Of a stretch of 42,168 bases of DNA, positions 31,165 to 39,172 are shown piece by piece. This DNA comes from a virus. The position numbers were made by a program, and so were the translations under genes. Under the pieces are notes generated by a model. It made no database searches, was not told the origin of the DNA, and was given only the letters and a program-made list of their open reading frames with translations. Position 1 is the stretch's first letter. Each line of letters begins with the position of its first letter. Location of the stretch: positions 1 through 42,168 of IMG/VR virus record IMGVR_UViG_3300029527_000003. One strand, written 5' to 3'.

Positions 31165-32536
31165 CTTCGTCCTCCTCGTCCGTGGCCTCTCTCGTTGCGC
31201 TCTCAGCCATCAGCGCGGACTTGGCCTGCTTCTTTTGTTCCGGGGTCAGGTTGGGCAGCAGGTCAATGGCCATGTCCTGACCGATGATCGGCGCCTCAGA
31301 AATCACCGTTGCGACCTGTTCAGCCGTGTTGGTGATCTTGCTGCGGTTGAATGCCGGCATGGCGTTGTCAAAGCCAGCCAGTGCGCAGATCTGCCGGATG
31401 AACGGCTTGACCTGCGCCTCGAAGTCGTCCGCGTTCTGGTTCAGCGGTTCATAGGCCGCATCCAAATGGTCGTTGGTGCTGTCCGCGCTGACGCAATGCA
31501 CATCCAGCCCGCCGAAGTCCTCATACACCCGGGTGTGGAGCAGCTCCAAAAGAGCCTGCCGGGCCGCCACAGGAATCTCGGTGGTGTAGGGGGTGATCTT
31601 TCCGCCCTCGCTGGTGTCTGCGCCTGCAATGTGGTACAGATTCAGCTTGACGAGGAACTCCTGCAGCTCGCCATCGGTCATGCCATTGAAGTTCTCGCAC
31701 AGCCAGTAGATCTGCGAAAAGTCCTGCAAGTCATTGCAGAAGCCGGACATCACCAGATCGGTGTTGTCAATGTAGGCTTTCAGCCCCACAAGGGTGCTCT
31801 GGTGCAGGTCGGAGCCCCACAGCGGCACAATGGGAAGAGCGCTGTAGTTTTCGCCCTCCACGCTTTCCAGCCCGCCGCCGGGTGTGGTGACGGTCACGCT
31901 CTTGTATGCCTGCTTTTTTACGGTCTCCTTCATCATATTGCCGATTTTGCTTTCCGTGTACTCGGTAAAGCCGTCCAGCTCGTACAGGATATAGTGCATA
32001 TCCGTGTCAGGGTTCAGCCGCCAGAAGCGCACGCCAGCCTGCAAAAGGCCTGTCTTTTCATCGTACAGGGGTGCGAACTCGGTCAGCTTGAAAACCACCA
32101 GATGGTCGTTGTTCCAGAATCCAAAGCTCTCTCCGTGGATCAGGGCGAAATATCCGGCCTTCTGGATCTGCTCGTCAAAGTTCTGCCCCAGCCTGTCCTT
32201 GTCTACGTCATCGTCCGCAAAGACCACGCCGTTGCCGAGGGAGTATGTGGCTCTCTGCTTGTTGAGCCGCCGGAAAAGATTACTCTTGACCATATCGGGG
32301 TGCAGGACATCCTGCTTTGTGTTTTTGGACAGGCGTTTCAGCATCAAAGCGTAAGCCTGCGCGAAGCGTTCAGCCCCCGGGTTTTTCTGGGCGTCATACA
32401 GGTCAGCGTCCAGCGCCATCCTGTAAGGGCCGGAAGCGCAGTGCTGCAGCACGAACCGCCGGACAAAATCAGGCTGCTCCCCGGCGGCCTGCGCCTGCTG
32501 AAAGGTCTGGAATGTGTATACAGTGCTCAAAATCAA
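31145..32536 (-). CDS. Portal protein
   Basis: 463 aa directly after the large terminase, with an acidic C-terminal tail (DEEDEDEPSGI). Confidence 0.8.
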   Translation of the reverse strand: MILSTVYTFQTFQQAQAAGEQPDFVRRFVLQHCASGPYRMALDADLYDAQKNPGAERFAQAYALMLKRLSKNTKQDVLHPDMVKSNLFRRLNKQRATYSLGNGVVFADDDVDKDRLGQNFDEQIQKAGYFALIHGESFGFWNNDHLVVFKLTEFAPLYDEKTGLLQAGVRFWRLNPDTDMHYILYELDGFTEYTESKIGNMMKETVKKQAYKSVTVTTPGGGLESVEGENYSALPIVPLWGSDLHQSTLVGLKAYIDNTDLVMSGFCNDLQDFSQIYWLCENFNGMTDGELQEFLVKLNLYHIAGADTSEGGKITPYTTEIPVAARQALLELLHTRVYEDFGGLDVHCVSADSTNDHLDAAYEPLNQNADDFEAQVKPFIRQICALAGFDNAMPAFNRSKITNTAEQVATVISEAPIIGQDMAIDLLPNLTPEQKKQAKSALMAESATREATDEEDEDEPSGI

Positions 32537-33780
32537 TCCCTCAGTTTCACAAGGCGCTTCGTGCGCACAAAATATCGGATGGCGTCCATACAGTGGTCGT
32601 TGACCTTCAGCACGGTGTCGTCTTTATCTGGATCCCAAGCGTATACGCCGAACTCTTCCAGCGTGTGCTTGCAGTCTTTGTATATCTTCAGCCGCCCGGT
32701 CTGCAGCATGGTCTGCACGTCCAGAATGCCGCTCAGAACGTCGTTGTTTGCAGGAGTCTGGGTAAAGCCGTTCTTGCGCAGCTCTGTAATCAGGGGCAGG
32801 GCAGAGGGGTCAACGATGACCCGCTCCGGTTTCAGTCCATCCAGCCACGCTTTGAGATCTGTGACGTACTCGCCCACGGTCTTTTGCCGCTTCTGCTCTC
32901 GACCACTGTAGTAATACTCCCGGGTGACGATCCAGCGGTCTACATCTGCCTGTTTTTGGAGCAGCAGGAACACCGTTGCGTTCTGAGTACCGAAGTCACA
33001 CGCCACATAGGCGCTCTTCGGGGACAGCTCCGGCAACTTGTCGATGATATGTTTTTGTCGGTCGAACATATCGTAGACAAGGCCCTCAGCCACCGTCCAC
33101 AGGCCCAGAATGTAGCGCTGATAGAAAACGCCGCTGTACTGTCTGCGGTAGCGCTCTTTGATGTCCTCGGCAAGTGACAGGTTATCGTCCATCGTGAAAT
33201 GGAGATACATCATCTTGCGGGAACGGCACTTGCGCACCCACTCCAGATAAAACCAGTGCTGTGGGCTGCCCGGGTTGCAGTTGAACCAGAACTTTGACCC
33301 GGTGACAGAGCAGCGGGCGGTGGCCTGATTGACGAAGCTCTGCGGCATCAAAGCCACCTCGTCAAAAAACGCACCGGCCAGGGTGATGCCCTGGATCAGG
33401 TCCTGGCTGCTCTCGTCCTTGCCGCCGAAAAAGTAAAATTCGTTAGATTTGCCGCCCTTGCTGACGGTCATGCAGTTTTCGGCCCGGTGCTCCTTGACGT
33501 TGTAACCACGGGCCGCAAGCTGCTGCTTGAGCGTTCCCAGCACGTTGCGCCGGAAGCTGGCGATGGTCTTTCCGCACATGGCAAACTGCTGCCCGCTGTA
33601 GCAGGTCATGGCCCACTGGACAAAAGAAAAGCTCATGGCAAAGGTCTTGCCCGAACGGATGGCGCCATCGGCAATGATGCCGTTGTAGCCGCTGTATGCG
33701 CTCTGCGGCGTCCACCAGCTCAGGACCTGCTTTTGCCGCTGGCTGAGGGCTTTCCAGCGAAAGCCGTTACTTTTCCGCAT
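32533..33780 (-). CDS. terL: Terminase large subunit
   Basis: Walker A-like motif GAIRSGKTF. ATG at 33780 follows GGAAGAGGA within the terS 3' end. Size and position are typical. Confidence 0.85.
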   Translation of the reverse strand: MRKSNGFRWKALSQRQKQVLSWWTPQSAYSGYNGIIADGAIRSGKTFAMSFSFVQWAMTCYSGQQFAMCGKTIASFRRNVLGTLKQQLAARGYNVKEHRAENCMTVSKGGKSNEFYFFGGKDESSQDLIQGITLAGAFFDEVALMPQSFVNQATARCSVTGSKFWFNCNPGSPQHWFYLEWVRKCRSRKMMYLHFTMDDNLSLAEDIKERYRRQYSGVFYQRYILGLWTVAEGLVYDMFDRQKHIIDKLPELSPKSAYVACDFGTQNATVFLLLQKQADVDRWIVTREYYYSGREQKRQKTVGEYVTDLKAWLDGLKPERVIVDPSALPLITELRKNGFTQTPANNDVLSGILDVQTMLQTGRLKIYKDCKHTLEEFGVYAWDPDKDDTVLKVNDHCMDAIRYFVRTKRLVKLRD

Positions 33781-34234
33781 TTTCGTCCTCTTCCTTTGGC
33801 AGTATCTCCACGTCATCCGGCGGGCTGAAGTCAGCGGCGGCGCTCAGTGCCTCCACAAGCCCATCGTCCGGGACTTCTATGCTGCTTTGATCTCCCAGCA
33901 TGGCAAACTTGTCCACGATGGTGCCGAACGCCGTTGACAGCTGCGGCAGTGTTGCTTCCGCAATCTTGTCCGGGTCCGCCATCGCTTTCAGATACAGCCC
34001 GAGAAGCTCTTGTGCTTCCCCTTGCTTACTCTCCATGTAAGAAAGCATGTCCTTCGAGTTTTCCCGCTTTTTTTGTGCGCACAAGCGCGCACTCTCCGGG
34101 TCTTCCTTTACGACTTTCTTGACGGTCGCGTCCGAAACATCGTTCAGCTTTGCGGCTGCGCGGTAGCTTTGGAGCTGCACATAGTCCGCAACGATCTTCT
34201 TTTTTTGCTTATCTGTCAGCCGCCGTGCGCCCAC
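33767..34234 (-). CDS. terS: Terminase small subunit candidate
   Basis: GTG at 34234 follows GAGAGG. HTH-like segment KKIVADYVQLQSYRAAAKLNDVSDATVKKVV. The longer track ORF would overlap the tRNA-Trp. Confidence 0.6.
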   Translation of the reverse strand: MGARRLTDKQKKKIVADYVQLQSYRAAAKLNDVSDATVKKVVKEDPESARLCAQKKRENSKDMLSYMESKQGEAQELLGLYLKAMADPDKIAEATLPQLSTAFGTIVDKFAMLGDQSSIEVPDDGLVEALSAAADFSPPDDVEILPKEEDENAEK

Positions 34235-34403
34235 CGCCACCACCTCTCTAAACTCAGACAAAAGAAAAACCGCCCGGAAAATCCGAACGGTCAGAATATC
34301 AAAATAAGAGGCCTTGCTTGTCGGGTTCAAAGCCTCTGCGTCCAGAACTTTCGCGGCCGGATGCCCCGCTATTGCACTCCCCGCTCTCGTCAGATCATGC
34401 AAG

Positions 34404-34476
34404 CACTCCCGGCAGGACTCGAACCTGCAACATGCGGTTTTGGAGACCGCCGCTCTACCACTTGAGCTACCGGAGT
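34404..34476 (-). tRNA. tRNA-Trp (anticodon CCA), no encoded CCA end
   Basis: ACTCCGG TA GCTC AAGTGGTA GAGC G GCGGT CTCCAAA ACCGC ATGTT GCAGG TTCGAGT CCTGC CGGGAGT G. There is one G:G mismatch at acceptor pair 6:67. Confidence 0.75.
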
Positions 34477-34482
34477 ATAAAA

Positions 34483-34553
34483 CACCGCCCTTGGACTCGA
34501 ACCAGCCAGCAATATCTCAGCTGACACGCGCTCCGTACTGCGCTCAGGCAGCC
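34483..34553 (-). ncRNA. Degenerate tRNA-like element (possible tRNA pseudogene or non-canonical tRNA)
   Basis: It has a D-arm GCGC-AGTACGGA-GCGC and a T-loop GGTTCGAGTCC. However, the acceptor and T stems do not close, and the anticodon-like stem TCAGC/GCTGG bounds a 9-nt loop TGAGATATT. Confidence 0.35.
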
Positions 34554-34560
34554 ATATAAA

Positions 34561-34587
34561 ACAGCCCTGGCGGAGAACCAGGGCTGT
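34561..34587 (-). terminator. Perfect 10-bp hairpin followed by a U-run on the minus strand
   Basis: ACAGCCCTGG-cggagaa-CCAGGGCTGT. On the minus strand it is followed by TTTTATAT. Confidence 0.55.
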
Positions 34588-34706
34588 TGTTTGACGCACA
34601 TCCCGTCGGGAAGTCTACCCACACCCTCGGGGATTCAAAGCTTTCTCTCGTGGCACGGGAGGTTAAGCGTGCAGCTTTGTGGGGGATGAGTCCATGCGCC
34701 ATACGG

Positions 34707-34775
34707 TGCGAGGTTACGGAGTCGAACCGTTCCACAAAACTGCCAGCCCCGTTATGTGGCTTCCCAAACCTCGCA
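34707..34775 (-). ncRNA. tRNA-like mimic: 9-bp acceptor-like helix plus T-arm, no D-arm
   Basis: TGCGAGGTT...AACCTCGCA (9 bp) encloses a hairpin CCACA-T-AAC/GTT-T-TGTGG and a T-arm ACGG-TTCGACT-CCGT. It is followed by CCG rather than CCA. Confidence 0.35.
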
Positions 34776-34945
34776 TAGAAGCAGCCCGCAAAACGGTGAA
34801 GGAGAACAGGAAAGCATGAAAACCTGTCACAAGGAAGGACCGTTCTGGAGGCTGCGTGGCAAGCGGCTACCGCTTAGCGCTGAACCGCTTATTAGAATTT
34901 TACATCCAAGCTTGCAGACTTGAAAAGAGCTGACCCCTTCCAAAA

Positions 34946-35467
34946 TCACGCTGTGTTTTCTTGTGCATGTTGTACACTTTGCACGTCAGAAAACTCGTCC
35001 CATATCTCGGCCAGGGCCATACATCCGCGTTTGATTCGCCGGTAGACCACTTCTGCCCCGCACACGCCGACTTCTTTTGCGATTTCTTTGTGAGACCTGC
35101 CCATGATATAGTGCTCGCAAATCGCTTCGGCGCATTCCGGCTCGGCCATCAGGCAGTATGCCCGCCGGGTGGCCTCGACACGCAGATTGCACAGGTCCGT
35201 CTCCATCCTCTGAAGTTGTCGGCGCTCGTTGTCCAGCTGCTCTACAGCAAAGCCCACCTTGTCCCCATTGCCACCACCTGCAGGCATCCCGCTCAGGTTC
35301 TGGGTGCATTTTTCGGCCACGTCCCGGATGCGCTGTATTTTTTGCTTCTGGGCTTCGATAGCCGCCGCAAGGTCCCGGCACTGCTGAAACCACGCCTTGA
35401 CGGTGCGGTAATCCACGCCGCTGTCAGGCTTTGGTGTGTCGGTGTCAGGTGTCCATGTGCGGGTCAT
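34946..35467 (-). CDS. Late-gene transcriptional activator candidate (sigma region-4-like; RinA/ArpU/DUF1492-type)
   Basis: Coiled-coil N-half. The C-terminus reads ICEHYIMGRSHKEIAKEVGVCGAEVVYRRIKRGCMALAEI. It is the last early gene before the packaging genes. Confidence 0.6.
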   Translation of the reverse strand: MTRTWTPDTDTPKPDSGVDYRTVKAWFQQCRDLAAAIEAQKQKIQRIRDVAEKCTQNLSGMPAGGGNGDKVGFAVEQLDNERRQLQRMETDLCNLRVEATRRAYCLMAEPECAEAICEHYIMGRSHKEIAKEVGVCGAEVVYRRIKRGCMALAEIWDEFSDVQSVQHAQENTA

Positions 35468-35700
35468 TGGTAAGTCACCTCATCAGGGTCTTTCCCGGCA
35501 AGAAGGTCGGAAAGTTCAGTGTTGAGCGTATCTGCAATCTTTCTTGCCGTTAAAATTGCGACAGGCTTATTGTTTCGCGCTTTCCAAACGGCCTTACGGT
35601 AGACACCCCGCTCAACAAGATCATTTGTTTTCATGTTAAGCCTTGCCATTTGAGTGATGACTTTTACTCGGTCGAACATGACCGCAGTCGATTTTTTCAT
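35464..35700 (-). CDS. Small HTH-like DNA-binding protein
   Basis: RBS GGAGGAA. Sequence LNMKTNDLVERGVYRKAVWKARNNKPVAILTARKIADTL resembles a degenerate XRE HTH. Confidence 0.5.
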   Translation of the reverse strand: MKKSTAVMFDRVKVITQMARLNMKTNDLVERGVYRKAVWKARNNKPVAILTARKIADTLNTELSDLLAGKDPDEVTYQ

Positions 35701-35702
35701 CG

Positions 35703-36077
35703 TTATTCCTCCATTTCTTCAATCTCAATTTCCACCCGTGGTTTCTCCCGGTCAAGCTCCACCCGGCTACCATCGTGGGCGGCGACGATCTTGCTGTTGT
35801 CGTCCTCCAGCACGTGGGCTTTTACCAGAATGTCCGTGGTCGCCTCGATGAGGTTTGCCAGATCGACCCGGCGGGCGGTCTTCATGTGGTACACACACCT
35901 CACGTTCACGCGGGCAGAGATGGGGCTGTGTGGCTTTTTGATTTGCCGCAGGCAGTCCGTCTCATAATCCACATAAACCTTGCTGGGGGCTACGAATGGG
36001 GTCCCGGAGCGTGTGCGGAGAATGCGTGCGGAATTTTTCTTGGTGCGGGGTTCGCCGTAGAGGGTCAGGTGCATCAT
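35703..36077 (-). CDS. rusA: RusA-family Holliday junction resolvase
   Basis: LTLYGEPRTKKNSARI...VDLANLIEATTDILVKAHVLEDDNSKIV matches the RusA pattern. Confidence 0.75.
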   Translation of the reverse strand: MMHLTLYGEPRTKKNSARILRTRSGTPFVAPSKVYVDYETDCLRQIKKPHSPISARVNVRCVYHMKTARRVDLANLIEATTDILVKAHVLEDDNSKIVAAHDGSRVELDREKPRVEIEIEEMEE

Positions 36078-36730
36078 AGCTCACCCCACTGTTCAGCCAT
36101 TGCTTTTGCGATTCCCGGAAATGTTTTGGCTCTGTTCTTCGCCCGATCAGTCGTAAACATTCCCTTATTTTTTGCATCGTGTTTATGACTATACGAGCCG
36201 GACGGACACCATGTAGCAACAGGCTCTACAATGTTAATTGGGGTCAACGGCGGCAGACCCTTGAGCCAAAGACAGGTTTTTTTGGTGTATGGGTGACCAA
36301 ACTGATACGGCTGAACGCTCTGCGCATACTTCGGCAGGCAGAATACCCGGCTTGGCACTGGGTTCTCTATGCAAATCTGTGGAACATCTGCCCACCAGAA
36401 ACGCATGAACAGGTCTCGGCCTTGAATACCAAGCATCACACGGTCTGCCTGAAGCTCATGCCCTTTCCAAAGATGCCTTGCCCCGGCGTTGCTTAGATAA
36501 GTGCAGGGCGGGTGAGCAATGAGCAAATCCCACTTCCCAACTTCATGCGCCACGCCGTCCATCGTAACGATTTGCCCCCCCCTCAGAGCCATTAGAGCAT
36601 CTCCGAGGATATGCCATTCAGGATGCCCACCGGACGGCTCCTGAATGTCGCAGGAGTAGGCTTCGTGGCCTTTTGCCCGAAATGCCTTGCAGACTTCCTG
36701 CGATTCCTCACAGGCGATAAGCACTTTCAT
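36074..36730 (-). CDS. Putative DNA cytosine-C5 methyltransferase-like protein (divergent; no classical FxGxG motif)
   Basis: MKVLIACEESQEVCKAF..., LLIAHPPCTYLSNAG (PPC motif) and ICIENPV (ENV-like). It resembles phage 'DNA methylase' families I recall from other phages. Confidence 0.55.
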   Translation of the reverse strand: MKVLIACEESQEVCKAFRAKGHEAYSCDIQEPSGGHPEWHILGDALMALRGGQIVTMDGVAHEVGKWDLLIAHPPCTYLSNAGARHLWKGHELQADRVMLGIQGRDLFMRFWWADVPQICIENPVPSRVFCLPKYAQSVQPYQFGHPYTKKTCLWLKGLPPLTPINIVEPVATWCPSGSYSHKHDAKNKGMFTTDRAKNRAKTFPGIAKAMAEQWGEL

Positions 36731-36945
36731 CTGTCCGCTCCTCCGTTCGCTCCCATGTACTTCTTGCGGCCCCGCTCCCGGTGGCGGTCCTCGTAATCGT
36801 AGTGGTAGACCTTGCCTGTGTCTAGCATCTCTCTGGTGTAAGCGGCTTCCGCTTCCCGCTGTCGCTTGAACTCGGCGTACTTGGGGCATGTGTCGTGGCA
36901 TACCGGGTGCCGTGCAGGGCAGTCTTTACACGGCGTCATTGTCAT
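36727..36945 (-). CDS. Small Cys-rich (zinc-binding-like) protein
   Basis: MTMTPCKDCPARHPVCHDTCPKYAEF... RBS GAAGGAGG. Confidence 0.5.
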   Translation of the reverse strand: MTMTPCKDCPARHPVCHDTCPKYAEFKRQREAEAAYTREMLDTGKVYHYDYEDRHRERGRKKYMGANGGADR

Positions 36946-37381
36946 TTTTGCATGCCTCCTTCTGATTTTTGCATCTGAAAATCACTACCATGGACGGAAA
37001 GGGTGCAGAATTTTTTTGTCCGCCAAATTTTAACCGGCCACGAACAAAGCGCACCTCATGCTTTTGGTAGATGAAATCATGAAACCACTTTGTGTCTGTT
37101 CTGGCCGGAAGCAGCATCACCACCAGAGCGTGAGCCTCAGATGCTTTTTGCACCCACTTGCCTATTTCTCTTCCGTATGGCGGATTGCAAAATACTCGCT
37201 CGCCGTCCCAGCTCTGAACCAAACCATCTTGTTCTTTTGTGAAAAACCTGGCACATTTGTGATTTAGTTCATCCGCACATGGGTCAAGTGTGAAGTGAAA
37301 TTCTTCATTCAGCCCGTCAAAGAAATCCTGAGGAGTTGACCATTGGTCTGTAACGCTACTAAACATTACGTCTGTGTTCAT
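36926..37381 (-). CDS. Phage N6-adenine DNA methyltransferase (Dam-like)
   Basis: WSTPQDFFDGLNEEFHFTLDPCA...VFCNPPYGREIGKWV...LLPARTDTKWFH...RGRLKF contains the NPPY motif and matches the phage Dam family pattern. Confidence 0.8.
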   Translation of the reverse strand: MNTDVMFSSVTDQWSTPQDFFDGLNEEFHFTLDPCADELNHKCARFFTKEQDGLVQSWDGERVFCNPPYGREIGKWVQKASEAHALVVMLLPARTDTKWFHDFIYQKHEVRFVRGRLKFGGQKNSAPFPSMVVIFRCKNQKEACKNDNDAV

Positions 37382-37553
37382 CCAACGCCTCCGTCCTCAC
37401 CGGTTTGATGTCCCGATATTCGGGGTAATGGTCGCCCGCCAGCTGGCAGGCCCGGAACTCTGCCGCAAACCGGCTTGCGGTATTGATGCGGTATGTAAGC
37501 GCCGCGTTCCCGTGCGGGCCGCTGCACTCTACGATGACTTTGTATCTAGGCAT
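37359..37553 (-). CDS. Hypothetical protein (64 aa)
   Basis: ATG at 37553 follows GGAGGA. Sequence begins MPRYKVIVECSGPHGNAALTYRINTASRFAAEFRACQLAGDHYPEYRDIKPV... Confidence 0.5.
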   Translation of the reverse strand: MPRYKVIVECSGPHGNAALTYRINTASRFAAEFRACQLAGDHYPEYRDIKPVRTEALDEHRRNV

Positions 37554-37884
37554 TTCGTCCTCCGTTCTGGTTTGCCTGCCCAAGAAGCTTTCTTTCTTTC
37601 CTGGACTTGAGTATCCGGGTGCGGGCAGCAAGGCAGTGCTTCGCCAGCATCTGCTCACCCTGGGCCTTTTCGACGGCCTTTTTCCACGCCGGGAGCAGCT
37701 GGCTCTGCCAGCTGCACTCCGAAATCACCTCGTGGAATGTCTTATAGGCCATCTTATCCGGCACATCCTTGAGCGATGAGTTCGCCCAGATCTCCGCGAT
37801 ACTTGCGCGGTTCTCTGCGGTCTGAGGCCGTCCAAAATAGGCTTCAGCGTCCGCAAGAAGCTTTGTCATCATCTCCACTGTCAC
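37546..37884 (-). CDS. Hypothetical protein; possibly a helicase-loader (G39P-like) replication accessory protein
   Basis: Assigned by position after the replisome organizer. The pattern AEIWANSSLKDVPDKMAYKTFHEVISE gives only a weak resemblance. Confidence 0.35.
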   Translation of the reverse strand: MTVEMMTKLLADAEAYFGRPQTAENRASIAEIWANSSLKDVPDKMAYKTFHEVISECSWQSQLLPAWKKAVEKAQGEQMLAKHCLAARTRILKSRKERKLLGQANQNGGRNA

Positions 37885-38633
37885 GGTTTCACCCCCTTGA
37901 AAATATTTGCGTATGCTTCTGCGGTGCTTTCTGTGGCTTGTTTCCCGCGAGGCTGCTCTTGTCGGCGCTGCTCATTCGCTGCCACGTCCCCCGGGGTGCG
38001 TATCCGGTCCCGCTGCCAGCCAGACAGGATGCCGTTGATGTAGTTCCACGAGCGTTTCCCAGCCTCTGCGGCCTTGTCGATCGCCAGCAAAATCATCTCC
38101 GTGCTGTACTCCTGCCGCCATTTTTGCAGTTTTTCCAGCGCCGAACGCGGGAAGTCGCCGATAGCCCGCTGGTAATGCTGAACGATTTTTGATAACTCCA
38201 TATCAACGGCGGCGGTGTTATCGCGCTTTACAACATCTACATCCCCATCTACATCTACATCCCCATCTACATCTACATCTCCATTTACATCTACATCTAC
38301 AGTTATTTTTGTTATGTCGTCATTAACATTGTTATCGTTTGTTATTTTTGTTATGTCGTCAGGCTTTCCCCAGCGCTTTGCCATACCGCGTTTTCCGGCG
38401 TTGCTGCGTTTCTTGCGAGTTTCATCCCATTTTTCAGACGCCCGTTTTACGTCGCTGCACATAAATTTCCAGTTGCCCCGCATCCCACGGTCTGAAAATT
38501 CGGGCTCTTCTCCGGTTTTGGCATACCGTGCAAGAGCTCGCATCAACTGCCCAACCTCTGCGTCGGAGTATTCTTCCAGCGCGTCGAACCAGCTCAGATA
38601 CGCCACAAATGACTTTTTATCGTCCTGCGCCAC
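37881..38633 (-). CDS. Replisome organizer / DnaD-domain replication initiation protein
   Basis: N-terminus FVAYLSWFDALEEYSDAEVGQLMRALARYAKTGEEP. C-terminus ILLAIDKAAEAGKRSWNYINGILSGWQ is DnaD-like. The centre is encoded by DNA repeats. Confidence 0.7.
   Translation of the reverse strand: MAQDDKKSFVAYLSWFDALEEYSDAEVGQLMRALARYAKTGEEPEFSDRGMRGNWKFMCSDVKRASEKWDETRKKRSNAGKRGMAKRWGKPDDITKITNDNNVNDDITKITVDVDVNGDVDVDGDVDVDGDVDVVKRDNTAAVDMELSKIVQHYQRAIGDFPRSALEKLQKWRQEYSTEMILLAIDKAAEAGKRSWNYINGILSGWQRDRIRTPGDVAANEQRRQEQPRGKQATESTAEAYANIFKGVKP
38233..38300. repeat. Hexamer-based tandem array (ATCTAC/ATCCCC units; 18-bp super-unit) inside the organizer gene
   Basis: ACATCTACATCCCC ATCTACATCTACATCCCC ATCTACATCTACATCTCC ATTTACATCTACATCTAC. 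It encodes (GDVDVD)n. Confidence 0.85.
38302..38361. repeat. Two perfect 21-bp direct repeats (iteron-like; origin candidate)
   Basis: GTTATTTTTGTTATGTCGTCA occurs at 38302-38322 and 38341-38361. Confidence 0.85.
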
Positions 38634-38683
38634 TCAATCACCTCCTTTACACGCCCGTATAGCCAGATAGCGCAGCTCTCGGT

Positions 38684-39172
38684 TTAGAACGGGAGGTCTT
38701 CGCTGTCGTCGATGACCGAAAAGTCGTCTGCGCTGCCCTGCGAATACTCCGGTACGTTCTGAGACTTCTGCGAGGTGTTGTGAGCGGCGTTTGCTTCGCG
38801 CACATGATTTTCCGTCTGCTGGTCGAAATCGCGCACAGCGGGCTTCTCTGCGGCCTTTCCGCCGCAAAAGCTCACCTGCGACGCAAGAACCTCGGTGGCT
38901 GTGCGGTTGTTGCCGTTCTTGTCCTGGTACTGACGGGTCTGCAAGCTGCCTTCGATGGCGATCATGCTGCCCTTCTGGAAATACTTACAGACGAACTCGG
39001 CGGTCTGCCGCCACGCGGTGACGTCGATAAAATCGGCCTTGCGCTCTTCGCCCTGCCGGGCAAAGCTGCGGTCAACCGCGATGCGGAAGCTGCACACGTT
39101 GGTGCCATTCTGGGTGGTCTTGAGCTCCGGGTCGTAGACCAGACGGCCCATCAATGCTACGAGGTTAAGCAT
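38684..39172 (-). CDS. ssb: Single-stranded DNA-binding protein
   Basis: MLNLVALMGRLVYDPELKTTQNGTNVCSFRIAVDR...DFIDVTAWRQTAEF is an OB fold. The acidic tail ends DDSEDLPF. Confidence 0.9.
   Translation of the reverse strand: MLNLVALMGRLVYDPELKTTQNGTNVCSFRIAVDRSFARQGEERKADFIDVTAWRQTAEFVCKYFQKGSMIAIEGSLQTRQYQDKNGNNRTATEVLASQVSFCGGKAAEKPAVRDFDQQTENHVREANAAHNTSQKSQNVPEYSQGSADDFSVIDDSEDLPF

Noticed and set aside
33767-34402. The 211-aa version of the small-terminase ORF.
   Set aside because: The 5' extension reaches the base next to the tRNA-Trp gene and passes through hairpin-rich noncoding sequence. It was trimmed to the GTG at 34234, which has an RBS.
34560-34945. The possibility that the structured noncoding region is a tmRNA, a group I intron or a retron ncRNA.
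   Set aside because: The acceptor-like helix encloses only about 50 nt, with no tag ORF. I could not trace a P1-P9 intron core or a split exon. No reverse transcriptase gene exists in the genome. It is kept only as an unexplained structured region.
38233-38300. A regular short-repeat array that could be mistaken for a mini CRISPR or satellite.
   Set aside because: The units are contiguous hexamers with no spacers, lie in frame within a CDS (GDVDVD repeats), and no cas genes are present.
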